A stretch of 48,981 nt of DNA from Vulcanimicrobiaceae bacterium (GTDB taxonomy: Bacteria > Vulcanimicrobiota > Vulcanimicrobiia > Vulcanimicrobiales > Vulcanimicrobiaceae): NCBI GenBank assembly GCA_035713505.1, contig DASSZL010000318.1, forward strand, positions 1 to 48,981. Reading direction: 5' to 3'. The notes under the pieces are model-generated. The model had not been told where the DNA came from and ran no database searches. It was given only the letters and a program-made list of their open reading frames with translations. The position numbers and the translations under genes are program-made. Below are positions 44,803 to 48,981 of the stretch, one piece after another; the first letter of the stretch is position 1, and every line of letters starts with the position of its first letter.

Positions 44803-47058
44803 TCACGGCGCGAGCGTCAGCGCCTTCGTGGTTTGGCGTGCGACGGCGTCCGGCGTAAACGGCAGCGGTACCATCTCGCCGCTGATCCACGTGCGCGCGA
44901 GATCGTCATAGTGGCCCGATGCCGGCTCGCCCGACTCGCCGCTGGGCAGCACGATCCCGCCCGCATCCCAATTGCCGACGTCCCAAACCGCGCGGAAACC
45001 TTGCGCGAAACCGGGCTCCTGCAAGTGTATCGTATACTCATCACCGTCGCCCGGAAGCGGAACGCCGCGCAGCAAGCCGTACCAAGCCGGCGAGAGCGGA
45101 TGTTCGACGTCCACTTCTCCCGTTTGGCCCCACGGGTGCGGCGCGCCCGGTGAGAACAATACCGCGTCCGCCGCTTCCTCGATACCGTTGCGGCTATCGA
45201 AACCCGGGTGGCGCAACCGCGCGAGAAGCGCCGCGAGCGACGCGTTCTGCTGCAGCAGCATGTCACGGTCTGCGTGCTCGAGCGAAGCCGTCCGGGATGC
45301 TCGAGTGAAGCAGCCGTTCCATCGCGCAAGCGACGCGCGGTACGTGGTATCGCGAAGCGTTTCGCTGCGCTGCGTGACTCGCGTCAGATCTTTTGCAATC
45401 TCCGCGTCGATCGGCGAGCATGCATCCAGCTGCATGCGTTCGAAATAGGCCGCGTCATAACGCCGGCGTTCGTGCAGCAGCGCCGCGATTCTGTAGGCCC
45501 GGTACGGCGGTTCAAACGCCGCGGACAGCCGGTACCGGTAACCGGAACCGTATATGCGATTGTTCGCCGTCAACAGCACGCCGCCGCGCGAAGCCGCGCG
45601 CGCCGGAAGTGCCGTGAATGGAATCAGGCGCACCGGCTTTGAAAAATCACGCGCGGGATGCACGTACCGCCCCCACGCGGGATCGTCGGGAATGGCGCCC
45701 GCCAAATGATACGCAACGGATCCGCTGGTATCTGCGAGGATGAAATTTTGCGGCGCGCCGGTATAACTCGACAGCGCGTGCATCGCCGCGGAAATCGTGG
45801 GCGCGCGATCCAGCGCAATCAGCGTTGAGATGCTCGTGCGGCGCTGCGCAAACGGAGGCCAGCGCACCAAGAACTTCTCATTGTCCTCGCCCGCTTCAAT
45901 CGAAAACGCATCTTTGGTCCGGTAGTATGCTTTCGAGATGGCCGGCGCAAAGCGAACGTCGAACCGTTCCATGACGCAATATCGGCGTGCAATCTTCGGC
46001 GCGCGATAGATGACGCTGGTGGCGACCTGCGCGTTGGTGACCGCCCATGCAAGGTGCTCGTTGTGCCCGAGCGCTATTCCGGGCAGGCCCGGGATCACCG
46101 CACCCGCCGCGTGCAAGCCGGGCGCTCGCAGATCCATCACGTACCAAATGCCCGGGATCGTCAGGTCGACGTGCGGATCGTTTGCGATAAGCGCGCGATG
46201 ATGCGCCGTCAGCTGAGATCCGGCGGCCCAAGCGTTGCTCCCCAGGCGCGTTCGCGCCGGATTGAACGCGAGCGGATGGTCTGCGCACGCCGCGGGTATG
46301 CCTGCGCGCGTTCCGTCGTGCATCGCTCGGCCGCCGAGTGAAACATCGTATCGTGCGTCCGAGAGCGGAAACAATATACTGTAGCAGCGTGCTCCCAGCG
46401 CTTTCCAGCGATCGTCGCGTGCGAGCACGTCGTACCACGAGTCGCCGAGTTCGAGCGCCGCGACGATCGCCACGGCGATAGAATCTTGCGGCGTCCATTT
46501 GCCGGGCCGGTACAAGAGCATGCGAAACTCGACGGGAAGCGGCTGACGGCGTTCGGCTGCATTGACGCCCTGACTGAATGCCTTGAGCGCGCGGCGCGTT
46601 GCCGCATCCGATCCTTGCCACTGACGCGCGGCGATCTCGCGAATGTCCGCGGCGCGCATCTGCTCGTCCAGCATAAGCGCCTTGGCGCCGAAGACTTCGG
46701 CCAGACGTCCGTACGCGTAACGCCGGGTCAAATCCATTTCAAAAAGCCGATCGGACGCTTCCGCGAACCCTTGGGCGACGAAGAGATCGTGAACGTCGTG
46801 CGCTCGAATGTGCGCAATGCCGCGCGCATCGCGCGCAATCGTTACGTCATAGCCGGTGGGCATGCCCGCGATAATGCCGCCGTCTTGCGCGGCAACGCGA
46901 AAACCGATCAGCACGTTCGCGAAGTAACAGCAAACGGCAAGAACCATGAGGATACCGGCAATGCTCGCGTGGCGGCGCAGCGTCCGTAAGAGCGCCGACG
47001 GCCATGGCGGATCCTTGCAAGCAAGCAGCCGCGGATCCTGGCGTGGAATTACGCTCAC
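44803..47058 (-). CDS. penicillin acylase / AHL acylase family Ntn hydrolase (S45)
   Basis: ARDARGIAHIRA...FVAQGFAEASDRLFEMD, and the nucleophile context RLGSNAWAAG...LIANDPH. Start is probably GTG 47058, ahead of the TM (IAGILMVLAVCCYF). The track start is 47208. Confidence 0.88.
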   Translation of the reverse strand: MSVIPRQDPRLLACKDPPWPSALLRTLRRHASIAGILMVLAVCCYFANVLIGFRVAAQDGGIIAGMPTGYDVTIARDARGIAHIRAHDVHDLFVAQGFAEASDRLFEMDLTRRYAYGRLAEVFGAKALMLDEQMRAADIREIAARQWQGSDAATRRALKAFSQGVNAAERRQPLPVEFRMLLYRPGKWTPQDSIAVAIVAALELGDSWYDVLARDDRWKALGARCYSILFPLSDARYDVSLGGRAMHDGTRAGIPAACADHPLAFNPARTRLGSNAWAAGSQLTAHHRALIANDPHVDLTIPGIWYVMDLRAPGLHAAGAVIPGLPGIALGHNEHLAWAVTNAQVATSVIYRAPKIARRYCVMERFDVRFAPAISKAYYRTKDAFSIEAGEDNEKFLVRWPPFAQRRTSISTLIALDRAPTISAAMHALSSYTGAPQNFILADTSGSVAYHLAGAIPDDPAWGRYVHPARDFSKPVRLIPFTALPARAASRGGVLLTANNRIYGSGYRYRLSAAFEPPYRAYRIAALLHERRRYDAAYFERMQLDACSPIDAEIAKDLTRVTQRSETLRDTTYRASLARWNGCFTRASRTASLEHADRDMLLQQNASLAALLARLRHPGFDSRNGIEEAADAVLFSPGAPHPWGQTGEVDVEHPLSPAWYGLLRGVPLPGDGDEYTIHLQEPGFAQGFRAVWDVGNWDAGGIVLPSGESGEPASGHYDDLARTWISGEMVPLPFTPDAVARQTTKALTLAP

Positions 47059-47537
47059 ACGGTGATTATACGAGTTCCAACCACGAATGTGACGTTCCGC
47101 CGTCGAAGTGCCGACGACTGGCCGGCCCGGCGTGAACGAGCGCCACGCTGATCTTCGCGTTGCTGCAGGGCGCGCACGGCAACGCAGCGCTCGCGCTCTT
47201 TGAGGCACGCGTGCTCGGGATCGTGGCGGGTGCGCTGTGTGCGGTAGCCGCGGCGTGGTTCGTGTATCCGATTCGTACCGAACAACCGGTGCGCCGGCGC
47301 GTTGGGGACACGCTCGGAGCGCTGCGCGACGTGCTTACCGCAAGACCGGACGATGCGCAGCATGATCGTATCGCGGCACTCGATCGGCGTGCGGTCGAGC
47401 TCGAGCGGGTGGCGCCGCCGGTGCGCCGCCATGCCGACGGCGAGGCGCATCCGGCAACGCTGATCGAACGCACACACACGCGCTGGACGCACGCGTGTGC
47501 ACGCCGGGCTTCGCCGAAACGCTGCGATCGAAGCGCC

Positions 47538-47933
47538 CTACTTAATCAGTCCGCACGAAACATACGTCGCAAGATCGTTGGAGCTCTTATGCACGTTGAT
47601 AGAGTACTTGCCGCCGGCGAAATCGCTCAACTTCTTGCCTGAGAGCACCGTAACGGACTTCCCGTTCTCGAGCGGGCTCAGCGGCGCTTCAGGCGAGGGA
47701 TTGAGTTTCGTGCACGTTCCGGGGTGAATGTGCGTGGGCTGCGCGGTTTTCGGAGCGCCCGTGATGCTGACCTCGACCTTCACGCCGTTTGCGAGCTGGG
47801 TGAGCGTCGCGGTCCCGTTTTCGCCGCTCTTGTTCAGTGCCTTCATTTGCACGGTAACGGTTTGCGGCGCGGCCGCGTAGGAAAGACCCGCGGTTGCGAC
47901 AACCGCTGCCAGAAGAGCCAAAAGCGTTTTCAT
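47538..47933 (-). CDS. small secreted protein (HIHxGxC motif; CHRD/SOD-like fold is only a guess)
   Basis: Signal peptide MKTLLALLAAVVATAGLSYA and a beta-rich body (TVQMKALNKSGENGTATLTQLANGVKVEVSITG...THIHPGTC). It is visibly more AT-rich than its neighbours. Confidence 0.6.
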   Translation of the reverse strand: MKTLLALLAAVVATAGLSYAAAPQTVTVQMKALNKSGENGTATLTQLANGVKVEVSITGAPKTAQPTHIHPGTCTKLNPSPEAPLSPLENGKSVTVLSGKKLSDFAGGKYSINVHKSSNDLATYVSCGLIK

Positions 47934-47947
47934 GCGTGTGTTCCTTC

Positions 47948-48981
47948 CTAATGAACGTTTTGCAGTTTGAGTGCGATGTCGCGTACGGCGTCAAAGATCG
48001 CCGGTGTGACGGTCTGGCCGTCGGCGCCTTCGACGGCATCCAGCAACTGCGCGAGCTGGTAGTTGTAGCGTGCGTACTTCTTATTGTCGGTCTTCGCCAT
48101 CAGCGCTGTGATGTGCTGAGCCATCGTGAACTGGAGCCGCAGCGCACCCGCGCTGACATGGAGCCGCGGGTCCATCTTCAGCGTGAGCGGCTGCGTGTAC
48201 GTGCGGCCGCCGGCGGTCATTCTTACGGTGTAGTGTCCGGGCAGCGCCAGCACTCCTTCGGGCACGCGCGGCGTGTCCTCGTAGATCGCCGAGATCGGGT
48301 AGTCATGCGCGATGGATTTGGGCTCCGGATACCGGTAGTCCCAGAGGAACCGATGCATGCCGGCACTCGCGCCTGGAATTCGCGTGGGCCGCACCCAGTA
48401 CGTCGGCACGGTAATCTCCGGGTCGATCGGCACCGGTTTATCCGTGCTGCTGAAGGCGCGCACCAGTTTGCCGGCGCTATCGTAAATCGCCAGCTTCACC
48501 GCTCCCGACACGTTCTGCGGCAAGTAGTAGTCGATAATCGCGCCGTCGGGCGGATTTTCTCCCGCCGGCTCTTCCGGGGGCAACGGCGTATCGGTCCACG
48601 TATCCCGTCTTAGGCGATACGCCACGGCGGGCTTATACAGATGCGCTGTTGTAACGCGTCCCTCGCGCAGCGGCTCGACATCGTCCAGGATCCAGAACGA
48701 ACGGCCATGCGTGCCGACCACGATGTCGTTGTCGTGCACGACGAGATCGCGAATCGAGGTCGAGGGAAGATTGAGCTGCAGCGATTGCCACTGATTGCCG
48801 TCGTCGTACGAGACGTACACCGAACGCTCGGTGCCGGCGTAAAGCAGGCCGCGGCGAACCGGATCCTCACGCACCACATTCGCGGGCGAGTCGCCCGGCA
48901 GTCCGTGCGTGACGAGCTGCCAGTGCTTGCCGCCGTCGTGCGTGCGGTAGATGTACGGACGCAGATCGTCTAGGCGCCACC
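47948..48981 (-). CDS. BNR/Asp-box (sortilin/VPS10-type) repeat protein, 5' part beyond the right edge
   Basis: The frame stays open to base 48981 (...WRLDDLRPYIYRTHDGGKHWQLV...). Asp-box motifs THDGGKHW and SYDDGNQW are present. Confidence 0.8.
   Translation of the reverse strand, partial: WRLDDLRPYIYRTHDGGKHWQLVTHGLPGDSPANVVREDPVRRGLLYAGTERSVYVSYDDGNQWQSLQLNLPSTSIRDLVVHDNDIVVGTHGRSFWILDDVEPLREGRVTTAHLYKPAVAYRLRRDTWTDTPLPPEEPAGENPPDGAIIDYYLPQNVSGAVKLAIYDSAGKLVRAFSSTDKPVPIDPEITVPTYWVRPTRIPGASAGMHRFLWDYRYPEPKSIAHDYPISAIYEDTPRVPEGVLALPGHYTVRMTAGGRTYTQPLTLKMDPRLHVSAGALRLQFTMAQHITALMAKTDNKKYARYNYQLAQLLDAVEGADGQTVTPAIFDAVRDIALKLQNVH

Noticed and set aside
47160-47642. 160-aa ORF in the track, considered as an intact gene.
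   Set aside because: Only its first ~60 residues look protein-like (FUSC-like helix). The rest is Arg-rich and overlaps a well-supported opposite-strand secreted-protein gene. It is treated as a remnant; see the finding.
1-48981. Looked for CRISPR repeats, tRNA/rRNA genes, transposase or integrase genes, toxin-antitoxin pairs and known defence-system signatures.
   Set aside because: Intergenic spaces are all under ~330 nt. No spaced direct-repeat arrays, no cloverleaf-like segments and no recombinase, nuclease or helicase-type motifs were recognised by eye. A computational scan (tRNAscan, CRISPR finder, defence-system HMMs) would be needed to exclude them formally.

Overview
This is a high-GC bacterial chromosomal window. 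Hand counts of 60-nt stretches gave about 65% G+C in typical coding sequence. It is almost fully coding, with about 55 protein genes. I recognise no rRNA, tRNA, CRISPR array, transposase, integrase or phage gene. Many neighbouring genes are joined by ATGA, GTGA, TAATG or TGATG start/stop overlaps. I used these to place start codons where the ORF track starts too far upstream.

Content from left to right:
- galM, ada, a secreted S41-peptidase-like protein and an orphan CHASE3 histidine kinase.
- A minus-strand operon: cyclase-like protein, ECF sigma, ZAS anti-sigma, GNAT.
- A six-gene coupled operon: unknown protein, GH20 hexosaminidase, permease with a PDZ-like tail, M20 dipeptidase, methyltransferase, HyuA-like ATPase.
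- An amino-acid permease.
- An operon of FAD oxidoreductase, ImmA-like protein, BadF-type sugar kinase and nanE.
- An A2-type caa3 cytochrome c oxidase operon (ctaC-D-E plus two small membrane ORFs).
- A minus-strand array with ctaA, ctaB, an MFS transporter and a frameshifted AidB-like acyl-CoA dehydrogenase.
- A lipoprotein-alr-GH130 operon, prfC, a PLP dehydratase, an NnrS-like 12-TM protein, exbD, a BON lipoprotein, and SPW-repeat and YciI-like proteins.
- A CMD-family protein, a penicillin/AHL-acylase-family hydrolase and a BNR-repeat protein cut by the right edge.

I see no obvious defence island or mobile element. The best candidates for something undescribed are:
1. The 8.5-kb coupled operon at 8619-17164.
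2. The apparently catalytically degenerate cyclase domain heading the ECF sigma operon.
3. A minimal ImmA/IrrE-like metallopeptidase wedged into an amino-sugar operon.

All homology calls come from motif recognition by eye, not from database searches. Several start codons remain uncertain.
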